DNA of 64,000 bases. Origin: an uncultured bacterium. GTDB taxonomy: Bacteria; Chloroflexota; UBA5177; JANWHV01. The position numbers and the translations under genes are program-made. The stretch spans positions 224,001 to 288,000 of the forward strand of contig CAWHAE010000018.1 of NCBI GenBank assembly GCA_963827235.1, given 5' to 3'. The notes beneath the pieces are model-generated. The model was not told the origin of the DNA, made no database searches, and worked only from the letters and a program-made list of their open reading frames with translations. Shown in pieces: positions 9,920 to 19,617 of this stretch. How positions within the stretch are numbered: position 1 is the first letter of the stretch; every line of letters begins with the position of its first letter.

Positions 9920-10516
9920 ATGAACAGCACAGCGAAGAACCCCAGTTTGCCACAGCGAATCGGTCTGGTGTTGTTCGACGAAGCTCGCACTAGGGTCTTT
10001 GCTCTGCGTGGCACCGGGATTGAGGATGCCCGGGAATACACTGTCGACGTCCACAGGCTGGCAGGCACGCGAGCCGCGGATCTGGTGGCGCCGCGCCCGC
10101 TCGGCACCATGCGCATTCGCGAGCGTGCCGCGCACACCGCGCGCCTGGTTACCGCGCTGCACGAGGAGTGTCCGTTCGACCATCTTCTCGTGGCAGGGCC
10201 TCCCTGGGCCCAGCTTCTCATGCTGCAGCAATTGCCACCGCAGTTGCGCGCACGCCTTATCGGCTCCCTGGCGCTTTCGGTCTCCGCCGGTGAGAGCGCG
10301 ATCCTTGCCGCTACGCTGCCCATTATGCCGACGATCTGTCGACGGACACATGCAACGCAGCATCGCGCCGCAGTAGCGGGTTCTCAGCGGTCGAGGTTGG
10401 GCAGCGCAAAGCAATTTATGGTTATGATTGGGGCACCGGCCTGGCATGTGGCCCAGCAGGTGCGCGGCACGACGATGCTGGCCCCGTCCGGCCTGAATAA
10501 CCCAGCCTGGCCATGA
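9920..10516 (+). CDS. Hypothetical protein with partial bacterial archaeo-eukaryotic release factor-like (baeRF/host-attachment) domain
   Basis: LVLFDEARTRVF ... PFDHLLVAGP ... LPPQLRARLIG pattern. GGAGG RBS before ATG 9920. Confidence 0.5.
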   Translation: MNSTAKNPSLPQRIGLVLFDEARTRVFALRGTGIEDAREYTVDVHRLAGTRAADLVAPRPLGTMRIRERAAHTARLVTALHEECPFDHLLVAGPPWAQLLMLQQLPPQLRARLIGSLALSVSAGESAILAATLPIMPTICRRTHATQHRAAVAGSQRSRLGSAKQFMVMIGAPAWHVAQQVRGTTMLAPSGLNNPAWP

Positions 10517-10642
10517 TTGGCGGCCTGACGCGGTGATCGCCTTCGCGTCGATGCTATCTGAACGCGGTGCCGGCCCGCGCGGCGCGCGTATGCGTGAATG
10601 AGTGCTGTGTAGTATCCATCTGCAGCTTGAAGGAGACGGACT

Positions 10643-11593
10643 ATGAGCACGATCCTGGTCCCGCTCGATGGCTCACCTCACGCCGAACAAGCGTTGCCAC
10701 ATGCTTGCCGTCTCGCTCTCCTGACCGGTGCCGAGCTGCTTCTCGTGCGTGCCGCGCTACCGGTGGTCGACCCGGAGGCCGGCGTCGCTACTCGCTCTTC
10801 CGTGCAGCACGCCGAAGCCTATCTCAACACGCTTCGCGATCGTCTGCAGGCAGAAGGCTTTTCGGCTGAGAGCATCAGCCTGTTCAGCAATCCCGTCCCC
10901 GGTATTCTGCGCGTTGCTCGGACGCACGAGGCATCGACCATCGTCATGAGCACACACGGGCGGACCGGGCTGCGCCGGATGGTGGTGGGCTCCGTGACCG
11001 AGCAAGTCGTCCAGGAGAGCCTCATCCCCGTCCTGATCGTCAACGGCGATTCACCGAGCATGGCGCCGAATGGCCGCTATCGCCGTATCCTTGTCCCGCT
11101 GGACGGATCGAGCTACGCCGAGTCCGCGCTCGAGGCGGTCAAAGATCTTCGCATGGCAGGCGACGTCGAGATCGTGCTGCTTCAATCGGTGCAGCCGTCG
11201 TTGTCTGGCGCCATGCGCAACCAGCGCCTGGCGCGCGACCTCGAGCAGCGACTGGATGCGGCACGCACGTATCTCGCGCGGGCGGCCGCGACCATGCTGC
11301 CCGGTTATGCCTCCTCGGTGCTGACGCCGATCGCGGACCCGGCTGCCGCCATCCTCACCGCTGTGGAGGCCCAGCATGTCGACCTGATCGTGCTCGCCGC
11401 GCACGCCCGACGCGGCCGGGTTCGCTTCTCCCCCACGAGCGTGGCGGGCCAGGTGCTGCGGGAGACCGGCACCCCGGTACTCATCGTGCGCGGCATCGAT
11501 GAGGCAGGTGCCGTGGCAAAGACGGTTCTGCCGGAAGTCGAGCAGAGCGAGAGCGAAGAAGACAGCCACTTCGACGACTTCCTCTTCGTCTAG
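10643..11593 (+). CDS. Universal stress protein (two USP domains)
   Basis: Two ILVPLDGS motifs, MSTHGRTG..GSVTE. AAGGAG RBS. Confidence 0.93.
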   Translation: MSTILVPLDGSPHAEQALPHACRLALLTGAELLLVRAALPVVDPEAGVATRSSVQHAEAYLNTLRDRLQAEGFSAESISLFSNPVPGILRVARTHEASTIVMSTHGRTGLRRMVVGSVTEQVVQESLIPVLIVNGDSPSMAPNGRYRRILVPLDGSSYAESALEAVKDLRMAGDVEIVLLQSVQPSLSGAMRNQRLARDLEQRLDAARTYLARAAATMLPGYASSVLTPIADPAAAILTAVEAQHVDLIVLAAHARRGRVRFSPTSVAGQVLRETGTPVLIVRGIDEAGAVAKTVLPEVEQSESEEDSHFDDFLFV

Positions 11594-12156
11594 CCCGAAG
11601 AGTCCGCGTCCTCTACGTCTTCCCGGAGATACCGCAACGCCGCGGCCGGGTCGCGTACCGAGACGACGCGCTTCCGCCACCAATCGAGCACGAAGAGATC
11701 GTGTATAGTCGCCAGCTCGGCCAGAATCGTGGCGTATGCTTCCAGAACGTCCGGATCGGCCGACTGCGGCAGCGCCAGGTTGAGCGCGGTGACGATGCCG
11801 TCTTCCTGCAGGCCGTAGAACGCCCCGCGGTCGCCGTATCCCTCGCCGAAGGCATACGCGTTGCAGAGGATGCGCAGCGCCGTGCTCGACCCGGTCTGCA
11901 CCAGCGTCGCGGGCGCGAAGCTCGGCCGCAGGCGTTCTTCAAGATCCTCGACGCGAATCTGCCGCTCGATCAGTCGACAGTCCTGCTGTACGTCGGGCAG
12001 AACGAATGCCTTATCGGTCCGTGCTCCCAACGCCTGCGCGCTCGTATAGGCACGAAGCTGCTCCATGGCGGCCAGGCAATGGATCCGGTTCTCCACCGGA
12101 AGCAGGACATTGTCCTCCCAGTCGGTCTCGTGCAGGAAGAAGATCGAGTCCGGCAT
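11590..12156 (-). CDS. Hypothetical protein
   Basis: 188-aa ORF with protein-like composition, AGGA RBS, stop overlapping the USP stop. Confidence 0.7.
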   Translation of the reverse strand: MPDSIFFLHETDWEDNVLLPVENRIHCLAAMEQLRAYTSAQALGARTDKAFVLPDVQQDCRLIERQIRVEDLEERLRPSFAPATLVQTGSSTALRILCNAYAFGEGYGDRGAFYGLQEDGIVTALNLALPQSADPDVLEAYATILAELATIHDLFVLDWWRKRVVSVRDPAAALRYLREDVEDADSSG

Positions 12157-12281
12157 GCGTTACGTCCTGGAGCAGCCGCCACCGCGACCGGAAGCGGTGG
12201 GTGAATCCGCACATGCCGTCGCGCCCGCTCGGATCCCGGATCGGACATGTACGCTGAGCGACTCGCCGTGCACCGAAAGAG

Positions 12282-12311
12282 TTGACACGCTGCGTTCAGC
12301 CCCCCTACCCT
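12282..12311 (+). promoter_or_regulatory. sigma70-type promoter, probably leaderless transcript for the PLD-like gene
   Basis: TTGACA-N18-TACCCT, GTG start 8 nt downstream, no SD. Confidence 0.55.
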
Positions 12312-12318
12312 CATACGC

Positions 12319-13782
12319 GTGATGGTACAGCGTCTGGTTCGAATCCTCATCGCCTGCGCGTGTCTTGCCCTCTCAATACAGCCGGCCGAGGCGCACCGGA
12401 CCGGGGCGGCGAACGCGCCGGTGTACGTGCTCCTCTCGGAGCCGCGCGCCGGCAGGGATCCCGTGGTGACTCTGATCGGCGAGGCGCAGGCCAGTGTGCT
12501 TGTGGAGACCCAAGCCTTGAACGACCAGACGGTGGTCGATGCGCTCTCCGCCGCGCGATCGCGCGGCGTCGACGTGCGCGTGATGGTCGATCCGCATTCG
12601 GCTTCCAGCGGCGCTGTGCTCACTGCGCTCTCGGGGCACGATGTGCTGACGAGGCGCGGCAATCCGTCGTTCAGCCTGACCGGGCAAAGTACCATGCTGA
12701 TCGACGGATCGACCCTGGCGCTTTCCAACGCGCCCTTCACCGCCGTCGCGCGTACCGCTCAGCGGCGGTTTGTGCTGGTCGACTTCAACCCTGCCGACGT
12801 TCAACAGGCTTCCTCGGTGTTCTTCGACGATTGGGAACGCCGTACACCGGTGGTAGTGCCCAGCAACGTGGTCCTCGGTCCGGTGAACTACTCGCAGGAC
12901 GTCGTGGCGGCAATCGACCGCTCGGTGGTAACCCTGGACATCATGGCCGCCTCGATTACAAGTCCCGAGGTGTTGCAGGCGCTCGTCACGGCAACGCACC
13001 GCGGTGTCTCGGTGCGCGTGATGCTCGACCCAGGCGTGCCGTCTTCGCTCATACAAACGCTCCTGCTCGACGGCGTGTCCGTGCGCCTGCTCGGCTCCGG
13101 CTTCGCCGGATCGGCCCTGTCCGTCGACAATGCCCGCGTCCTGCTCGGCAGTGCTTCGCTGGTCGACGATGCACTCCAGCAGTATCGGGAGATGGGCCTC
13201 ATGATTAAGGATGCGGCCGTCAGCGCGGTGCTCGCCAGCGAGTTCGGCTACGCGTGGCGCGCGGCGGCGCCGATCTCCCCACCGACCGCTACGCCGACCA
13301 ACACGCCCGTGCCCACGAACACCATCACGCCGACGCCGAGCAAGACGCCGGTCCCGACCAGGACACCCAAGGGCTATCACCCCAGCAGGACTCCCACTCC
13401 GCGGCCGGAGACGCCCACTCGCACGCCGGTGCCGTCGCGCACGCCCACGCCGATTCGACCTACCAGCACACCGCCGCCCACGCCGACGCCCAGCTCACTC
13501 GGTCTCAGCGTCGACTATGCCCAGAGCGTGCGTATAGGCAGCACGCAGCAGATAGTCGTGCACACGGCTGCCGGCGCTGCTGTGTCGGTGATCGTCACCT
13601 ATCCCGACGGCACGGTAACCAACCCGGGTACCAAGGCCGGGAAAGCGGATGCCACCGGAACGTTCACCGACTCCTGGCAGGTGTCGCTGACGGTCAATCC
13701 CGGACCGGCCAAGGCGTCGATCGTGGTAGCGGCCGGAAAGCTGCGCAAGAGCGCGGCAATCGCCTTCACGATCACCTTCTAG
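12319..13782 (+). CDS. Secreted phospholipase D-fold protein with degenerate HKD motifs, Pro/Thr-rich linker and C-terminal Ig-like domain
   Basis: Signal peptide ending AEA. Two PLD-like domains (AARSRGVDVRVMVD; ATHRGVSVRVMLD). PTATPT repeats. Confidence 0.85.
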   Translation: MMVQRLVRILIACACLALSIQPAEAHRTGAANAPVYVLLSEPRAGRDPVVTLIGEAQASVLVETQALNDQTVVDALSAARSRGVDVRVMVDPHSASSGAVLTALSGHDVLTRRGNPSFSLTGQSTMLIDGSTLALSNAPFTAVARTAQRRFVLVDFNPADVQQASSVFFDDWERRTPVVVPSNVVLGPVNYSQDVVAAIDRSVVTLDIMAASITSPEVLQALVTATHRGVSVRVMLDPGVPSSLIQTLLLDGVSVRLLGSGFAGSALSVDNARVLLGSASLVDDALQQYREMGLMIKDAAVSAVLASEFGYAWRAAAPISPPTATPTNTPVPTNTITPTPSKTPVPTRTPKGYHPSRTPTPRPETPTRTPVPSRTPTPIRPTSTPPPTPTPSSLGLSVDYAQSVRIGSTQQIVVHTAAGAAVSVIVTYPDGTVTNPGTKAGKADATGTFTDSWQVSLTVNPGPAKASIVVAAGKLRKSAAIAFTITF

Positions 13783-13943
13783 GCGGCACATCCGTCAAGG
13801 TTCGTGGTCTCAGGTGCGCCGGGTGTCATCTTCGTTACACGTGGCGCCGGTACGCCGGATCCCGGTGAGATGCGGTTGCGTACCAGGCGCCCTCAGCATC
13901 GCTGAGATCGGCAGTGTCGCACCGGCCTGCAGGCTGACCGCAC

Positions 13944-13978
13944 AGGGAATGCCCGGGCCTTCTGCGCAGGCATTCCCT
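13944..13978. terminator. Hairpin between convergent PLD-like and GH18 genes
   Basis: AGGGAATGCC...GGCATTCCCT 10-bp inverted repeat. Confidence 0.55.
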
Positions 13979-13995
13979 CGCATCTTCCGCAGTGG

Positions 13996-15210
13996 TCAAT
14001 CATGCCCATGCACAAGGCGCGCGATCACGTCCCATTGCGTCGGCTTCTCCTGGCCAAGACGCCAGAACGAGAAGCCGGCAACGCCATGGGCCAGTACCGC
14101 CTGCAGCTTGGCGCCCAGGCTCACACCATCCTCATAGTGCACGATATGCCGGCCCAGTGAATCTTGCCAGGTGAAGCGAGGCGTTGCGTCAGAGGCGGGG
14201 CGCAGCAGCGGAGCGCCTGTCCGCGCCAGCAATGCTTCCGCGCCTTCCTGCGTAAGGTCGGTATGGGTAACGGTCGAGCCGTTCACGATCCAGTGCCGCC
14301 CGTAAAACGACTGCCCAACCACGAGCTTCCCTGACGCGACCTGCTCACGCGCGAAGGCCGTGGCGTCGCGAACCCACCACAGCGGTGAAAGTGAGCCAGG
14401 CAGCTGATCCGACTTGGAATACGCCATCAGCACGACCGCGTCACAGACTTGAGCCAGTGCCCGGTAGTCATACGGCGCCGCCCAAGAGGATACAGGGATC
14501 CCCGAGAGCGGCTGGAGCTGCGGTCCGACATTGACCGTGACCTGTTTTCCCTCGGCGTGCAGTAGCGTTGCGAGCTGGGCCGTGAAGTCGGTGAATTTGT
14601 CGCGATAGGCGCCGAATGGACCCTCGAAATCTATGTTGGCTCCAGCATAGTCATGTTCGAGCACCAGTGCGAGGATCCTCCCGGCCATGTTTCTGCGGCT
14701 TCCAGGTGATTCCAGCACCATCCTGGCAATCAGGGGATCGAAGCCTGCGTTTCGAAACAAAGGAACCAGTGCGACTCCTCTTTCGCGAGCGAGCCGGATG
14801 ACCGCGGCTTGGGCATCCGACGAGATCGAGCCACTCGACCCGATGGTGTACCAGGTTGGACACACGGCGGTCAGGTGGTGGGCCTCCTTCTCGAGATCGG
14901 CAACGCTGGCGGTATCCTTCGAGTAGAGCCAGGCGCTGACGGTGAGCGCGGATACCGGCGTCGATTGCGGTGGGAATGCAGCCCTGGCGGAAGCCGTCCC
15001 GAGCGGGGTGTGCCGGAACGGCGCTGCTCCCACCGAGGCCGCGACGACTCCCGCCGCGCCGGTGAGGGTCGACTGGAGAAGCCTTCGCCTGGTGAGACGT
15101 GTGCGGTCCGGCGGCCGGTATCTCGGGCTATCGGTTAGGATCTGCCTTCCGAGCGTGTGCGCCGCGGTTCGCGAGCCCGGGGGGCGGTGCGGTGCGATTC
15201 GCCTCTTCAT
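13996..15210 (-). CDS. GH18 glycoside hydrolase (YaaH/YdhD-like) with Tat signal
   Basis: TRRRLL Tat motif. YAGANIDFE catalytic motif, YDYRAL, VLMAY, FWRLGQE. Confidence 0.88.
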   Translation of the reverse strand: MKRRIAPHRPPGSRTAAHTLGRQILTDSPRYRPPDRTRLTRRRLLQSTLTGAAGVVAASVGAAPFRHTPLGTASARAAFPPQSTPVSALTVSAWLYSKDTASVADLEKEAHHLTAVCPTWYTIGSSGSISSDAQAAVIRLARERGVALVPLFRNAGFDPLIARMVLESPGSRRNMAGRILALVLEHDYAGANIDFEGPFGAYRDKFTDFTAQLATLLHAEGKQVTVNVGPQLQPLSGIPVSSWAAPYDYRALAQVCDAVVLMAYSKSDQLPGSLSPLWWVRDATAFAREQVASGKLVVGQSFYGRHWIVNGSTVTHTDLTQEGAEALLARTGAPLLRPASDATPRFTWQDSLGRHIVHYEDGVSLGAKLQAVLAHGVAGFSFWRLGQEKPTQWDVIARLVHGHD

Positions 15211-15386
15211 TCAGTCATCTCCTCTTGAGTTGGTTCTCTGAGTCGTTTCCACCATGTGCCGGTCCCAAAGGACTCGGCACGCTGCATCTCGGTCACCAGT
15301 AGCCACACCAGAAAGCGCGCTCCTGAGGCTGCAAGATTGGCTCCTCACACCAAGTATTTGCCGCGAGCGCTTGTTGATAACGTGTC

Positions 15387-16100
15387 CTACTGCACACTCG
15401 GAAGTGAGAGGTTGGAGGTGTTCCAGTCGTCCCACGTTGTGGTGGTGCTGGTCTTGGCGGCCTCGCCGGCAGTGACCGCCACGCTGCCGAGAGCCAGGTG
15501 CTCGCACGGAAGATGCCTGTCAACCGCGACCCACCACTCCTCATGGTCGCCCTTACCCGTGAACTGATAGCCGACACATCGCTGACCTTGCATCGTGCGC
15601 GGTCTACCTGAGATGGGAGCCCAGTGGATGTCGAGGCTACCCGAGAAGCCCGATGTAAGCGTCAGAAACGCCGGCCCGAACAAGGTGCTGCCCATTTCAG
15701 CGAGTTGCGTCTGGGAAAGGGAGCGGCAAAGCCAGGCGCCAGGCGTCTGCATCGTTCGCGCGCAGGCCTGTGTCGCGGTGACCTCCAGCTCGGTCGTGTT
15801 CGCGCGACCGGCTTGAACGCGCACACTCTTGGAATAACCAAGCCATCGGCTGCCGCGGCGCATGCCGATGATTTGCTCAATACGCGAATATGGGCTGCTC
15901 ACGCCGGGCACGCCAGTGCCGGTAGTGACCTGCGTGAGTTGATAGCTATGGACTGCTGCGAAGGATTGTGCCATCTGGACCATGAACTGCGGCCCACCCG
16001 CCCGCGCCGCGGTCATACTGAACTGCGCGACTCCGAGGGCAAGCAGCGTTGCCATGCCAAGACGACAGACTACTTTGTACACGTTCAGATGTTCTTTCAC
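15387..16100 (-). CDS. Secreted hypothetical protein (possibly LppX/LolA-like fold)
   Basis: N-terminal signal peptide, beta-rich body ending TTWDDWNTSNLSLP. AAGGAGG RBS before the GTG. Confidence 0.65.
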   Translation of the reverse strand: MKEHLNVYKVVCRLGMATLLALGVAQFSMTAARAGGPQFMVQMAQSFAAVHSYQLTQVTTGTGVPGVSSPYSRIEQIIGMRRGSRWLGYSKSVRVQAGRANTTELEVTATQACARTMQTPGAWLCRSLSQTQLAEMGSTLFGPAFLTLTSGFSGSLDIHWAPISGRPRTMQGQRCVGYQFTGKGDHEEWWVAVDRHLPCEHLALGSVAVTAGEAAKTSTTTTWDDWNTSNLSLPSVQ

Positions 16101-16611
16101 CGATCGGCCTCCTTGACTGCACGCTGCCGATGTCTCGCTTCCACCGGTTCCGCTGTGGACTCCACTAGCGAGCGATCAGAGCCGGCGCCCTCATCTGCGC
16201 TGTTGCCTCGATCGGTTGGCATGAGCGGCAGAGCCTCATCGTCCAACAACGCAAGCGTGCTGTAGCCGGGAAGGATCAGCCATGCAGTACCCACGTAGCA
16301 GACCCACGTAATTGTCTGATTCGCCAACTACGTGGAGCGTGGCGGCCGGGCTTGCCCAGAAAGTCGTGAATTAACCCGGTCTGATTTCCAGGCTGCAGGC
16401 AGCGTCACGGACAGGCAGCTGAATCTGCTGCGACGAAGGCAGCGGATGTCGTCGCCGGGAAGCACGTAGGTCACGACTCAGCGTAGTTCGCGGCAGAGTC
16501 TGAGCCGGCGAATCGGTGTCGCCAGCTGTGTTATGATGCGCAGCAGTGTGCTGGATTCTCGGTCTTGGCGGTTGAACTGCGCTGCCCGGGATGAGGCGGC
16601 GGGGACACGAC

Positions 16612-18414
16612 GTGGAGCTGACGCCGGCCTCCAGGCAAACCTCCTTTGGTGAGCTGCTCAAGCGCTATCGGATTGCTGCCGGACTCTCTCAGGAGGCACT
16701 GGCCGAGCAAGCACGACTCAGCGTGCGGGGGATCAGTGACCTGGAGCGCGGTATCAACCGCACGCCGCGCCGGGAGACAGTGGATCTGCTTGCCGGTGCA
16801 TTGCGCCTGAGCGGCGAGGAGAGAGGCTCGCTGGAGGCATCGATCGTGCGTCGCCGCGGCCCACCGGCAGGACGCTCCGTCGTCGCTGAAGCGCCCGCGC
16901 TCGAGGCTTCACCTCAACCTGTCACACTCGCTTCCCAACCCGCTGTCGCCCAGGGCGAAGGCGCGCAACGGGTGCCGCTCGTACGAGGACGAACGCTGCC
17001 TCGGCCCGGCAGATTGGGCTCGATGAGTCTGTTCGGCGTGCTGGCCCTGCTGCTCGTGATCGGCGCCGGGGCGGCCCTTGGGTTTCACGCTTTCAGGGCG
17101 CAACAGGCTTCGACGGGGCCGCGATCCAGCAGCACGGTGATCGTGGTTGCCGATTTCACCGGCCCGGATCCGCAGGAGTATCGCGTCACCGACTTCATCC
17201 TCAATCAGCTCATCGGCGCTACCGCGAAGTACCGCGATGTGCGCGTCCAGGCGCTGGGTGCGTCGATTACCGAACACCAGGGAGGTGACGTGTGGGCACG
17301 GAGCGTGGGCCTCAGTCACCAGGCCACGATGGTGCTGTGGGGCTGGTATAGCAAGACGGCTACCAGCGCCTACGTGACGGCGCACCTGCAAGTGCTGAGC
17401 GGGTTGCATGCGCTGCAACCGCAGCAGCAGACCGCCGACCTGGTAACCCCTTCCGCCGAGCTGGATGGTTTCCAGATCCAGACCGCGCTCTCGGCCAAGA
17501 CCGGCTTCCTGACGCTGCTCACGCTCGGGGTGCTCAGATATGCTGCCCACGACTATGCCGGGGCCATCTCGCGTTTCAGCGATGCATTGGCGGCGCGCAG
17601 CCCGGCGCCGGACCTTCAAAGCCGGCTGGACACTGCCATTGTCTACTTCTATCGAGGAAACGCGCGGGCGCACCGTGAGGACTTCCACGACGCGATTCAA
17701 GACTTTGATGCCGCGCTCCAGTTTCGTCCTGCGTTTGCTTCCAAAGCCCTCTACAACCGCGGTGAGGCGCGGCTCAGTCTGGGCGACGACCGAGGCGCTG
17801 CGGCAGACTTCACCGCGACATTGCGGTCTGAGCCCAGCAATGCCGGCGCCTACTATGACCGGGGATTGGCGCGGTTCCGCTTGGGCGACAAATCCGGCGC
17901 GGTGACAGATTTCAGTCAAGTGCTCGCGCTCCATACTTCCTTCGACGCCAGGGCCCATTACCTTCGCGGCGATGTGAGGCTGAGTCTGGGTGATAACCGC
18001 GGCGCAGTGTCAGACTTCACCGAGGCGCTGCGCGCCGAGCCCGCGAACGCGGCTGCCTACTACAACCGGGGATTGGCGCGTTCTCGTCTGGGCGACAAGC
18101 ATGGAGCGGTAGCCGACTTCAGTCGGGTGCTCGCGCTGAACGCTTCCTTCGCGGCCAAGGCCTACTACCTGCGCGGCGAAGCGTGGTTGAGCTTGGGTGA
18201 CGACCGCCAGGCTGAGTCGGACTTCACCGCCGCGCCGAGCACCAGTCCTGCCAACGCCGCCGCCATCTTCAACCGCGGCGTAGCGCGCGCCGCGTTGGGC
18301 GACGGACAGGGCGCACTCCAGGATTGGCGCACGGCCGCGGAGCTGTATCGGAAGCAGGGGAACCGGTCGGCATATCAGCAGACACTGCAGCATATTGCGA
18401 GGCTAGGATCGTAA
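16612..18414 (+). CDS. XRE-family HTH - transmembrane - TPR repeat protein
   Basis: FGELLKRYRIAAGLSQEALAE..SVRGISDLERG HTH, hydrophobic segment LFGVLALLLVIGAGAALGF, several TPRs (AYYNRG). Alternative start at 16591. Confidence 0.88.
   Translation: MELTPASRQTSFGELLKRYRIAAGLSQEALAEQARLSVRGISDLERGINRTPRRETVDLLAGALRLSGEERGSLEASIVRRRGPPAGRSVVAEAPALEASPQPVTLASQPAVAQGEGAQRVPLVRGRTLPRPGRLGSMSLFGVLALLLVIGAGAALGFHAFRAQQASTGPRSSSTVIVVADFTGPDPQEYRVTDFILNQLIGATAKYRDVRVQALGASITEHQGGDVWARSVGLSHQATMVLWGWYSKTATSAYVTAHLQVLSGLHALQPQQQTADLVTPSAELDGFQIQTALSAKTGFLTLLTLGVLRYAAHDYAGAISRFSDALAARSPAPDLQSRLDTAIVYFYRGNARAHREDFHDAIQDFDAALQFRPAFASKALYNRGEARLSLGDDRGAAADFTATLRSEPSNAGAYYDRGLARFRLGDKSGAVTDFSQVLALHTSFDARAHYLRGDVRLSLGDNRGAVSDFTEALRAEPANAAAYYNRGLARSRLGDKHGAVADFSRVLALNASFAAKAYYLRGEAWLSLGDDRQAESDFTAAPSTSPANAAAIFNRGVARAALGDGQGALQDWRTAAELYRKQGNRSAYQQTLQHIARLGS
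17734..18354 (+). repeat. Three tandem 207-bp (69-aa, double-TPR) coding repeats
   Basis: Units start at 17734, 17941 and 18148 (FASKALYNRGEARLSLGD / FDARAHYLRGDVRLSLGD / FAAKAYYLRGEAWLSLGD). Confidence 0.85.
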
Positions 18415-18529
18415 GCCGGCAACCGGCCTGCCGGATCCCGTCATTGATCGTGTGCTCCCGCATACACGGAGGCCGGCGCGCGACCCGTGACGGCATCGTG
18501 ACCGCCTGCATGGCGTGGCCCGCACCAGC

Positions 18530-19330
18530 TCAGGCCGCTGCCGCGGCGGCTTCGGGCACGCCGGCGCCGCAGGGCACGGGCGTCTGGCGCACCATCCGGA
18601 AGTTGAGTGCTCCGCACAGCACGATGAACGCGGCGCCGGTAGCTATCACCTGGCGCACGCCCAGCAGGTCGGCCAGCACCCCACCCCAAGCCAGCGAGAT
18701 CAGCAGGCCCGCGGCCACGGTCATGTTGCACAGGCTCATCACCCGGCCCATCATCTGATCCTCCGCGCTCAGCTGGATCAGCATGATGAAGGAGACGAGG
18801 GACATGCTGAACAGGAAGCCGACGGCGCCCACGGCCATCACGGCCACGCGCAGCGACGGCGCCAGCGCATAGGCAAGAAGTGCGCACCCGTTGGGAAGCA
18901 CCGGCCAGCGCACGAGGTGGTGGTAGTGCCAGGCCACGCGGCCGCCGGACCAAAGAACTGGGAGGCCCCGTTGACCAGCAGGGTGACCAGCACGATCAGC
19001 GGTAGCTGCGCGCGCATAGTCACCAGGAGGAGGGGCAGCAGCAGCGCGGCGCGGGTCAGCACGGCCGTGGCCATCATATGGCCGCGGTGCCAGCAATCGA
19101 CCAGGGCCTCGGCAACGGGCGAGAGGGCTAGCAAGGGCAGCGCTCCGGCCAGCCCCACGAGGCTGGTGCCCACGCCCGAGTGGGTCAGGCGATACACCCA
19201 CAGCAGCAGCTTTGCTGGCAGCGCCCAATCGGCAAACAGACTTGAGAAACTGCCCGACCCATAGCCGGGCGAAGCCGCCAGTGCGTAGGACCAGCATCGT
19301 TCTCCCCGCCCCTCCGTCACGCGTCCGCAT
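18530..19330 (-). pseudogene. MFS transporter (DHA3/macrolide-efflux-like) pseudogene, frameshifted and internally deleted
   Basis: GFARLWVGQF | ..DWAL..LLLWVYRLTHS..SQFFGPA | ..QLSAEDQMMGRV..GGVLADLLGVR. Only ~800 bp, so the middle helices are missing. Confidence 0.75.
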
Positions 19331-19356
19331 CAATCCACGGCCGCCGGCATCAACAG

Positions 19357-19617
19357 TCACACGCCGTGCTGCGGACCGGCACGCCTGCCGGCGAACACGC
19401 CGCGCAGCAGCGCCATCGGCGCGAAGCGGAGTGGGCGCGTCGCACACGCTCCACTCTCCGCGGCGACAGCCTCGAACGGGTACGGACTGGCAAACGTCCA
19501 TGGCGCCGGCGCGTCGCCGGCCGGGCTGGCTGGAGGGTCCGCGAACTGTGCGTCAACCATCGCAGTCAACAGCGACGGCAGCCAGGCTCGAACCCATGAG
19601 GTGTCATTCTGGTCCAT
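19357..19617 (-). CDS. Small hypothetical protein
   Basis: 86-aa ORF with strong AGAGGAG RBS directly upstream of the MFS remnant. Confidence 0.45.
   Translation of the reverse strand: MDQNDTSWVRAWLPSLLTAMVDAQFADPPASPAGDAPAPWTFASPYPFEAVAAESGACATRPLRFAPMALLRGVFAGRRAGPQHGV

Noticed and set aside
12336-12346. GGTTCGAATCC, a tRNA T-loop-like motif
   Set aside because: Flanks do not form a T-stem or cloverleaf, and it lies within the PLD-like signal peptide coding region.
13280-13495. Short ACGCCG/ACGCCC tandem repeats
   Set aside because: Explained by the Pro/Thr linker coding sequence; not a CRISPR or VNTR element.
15235-15300. Possible c-di-AMP (ydaO) riboswitch upstream of the GH18 gene (GCCGAGTCC on the minus strand)
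   Set aside because: Only a simple hairpin. The downstream conserved ydaO blocks are missing.
16097-16327. 76-aa minus-strand ORF overlapping the start of the secreted protein gene
   Set aside because: TTG start without RBS and no recognisable motif. It could be a remnant but is unsupported.
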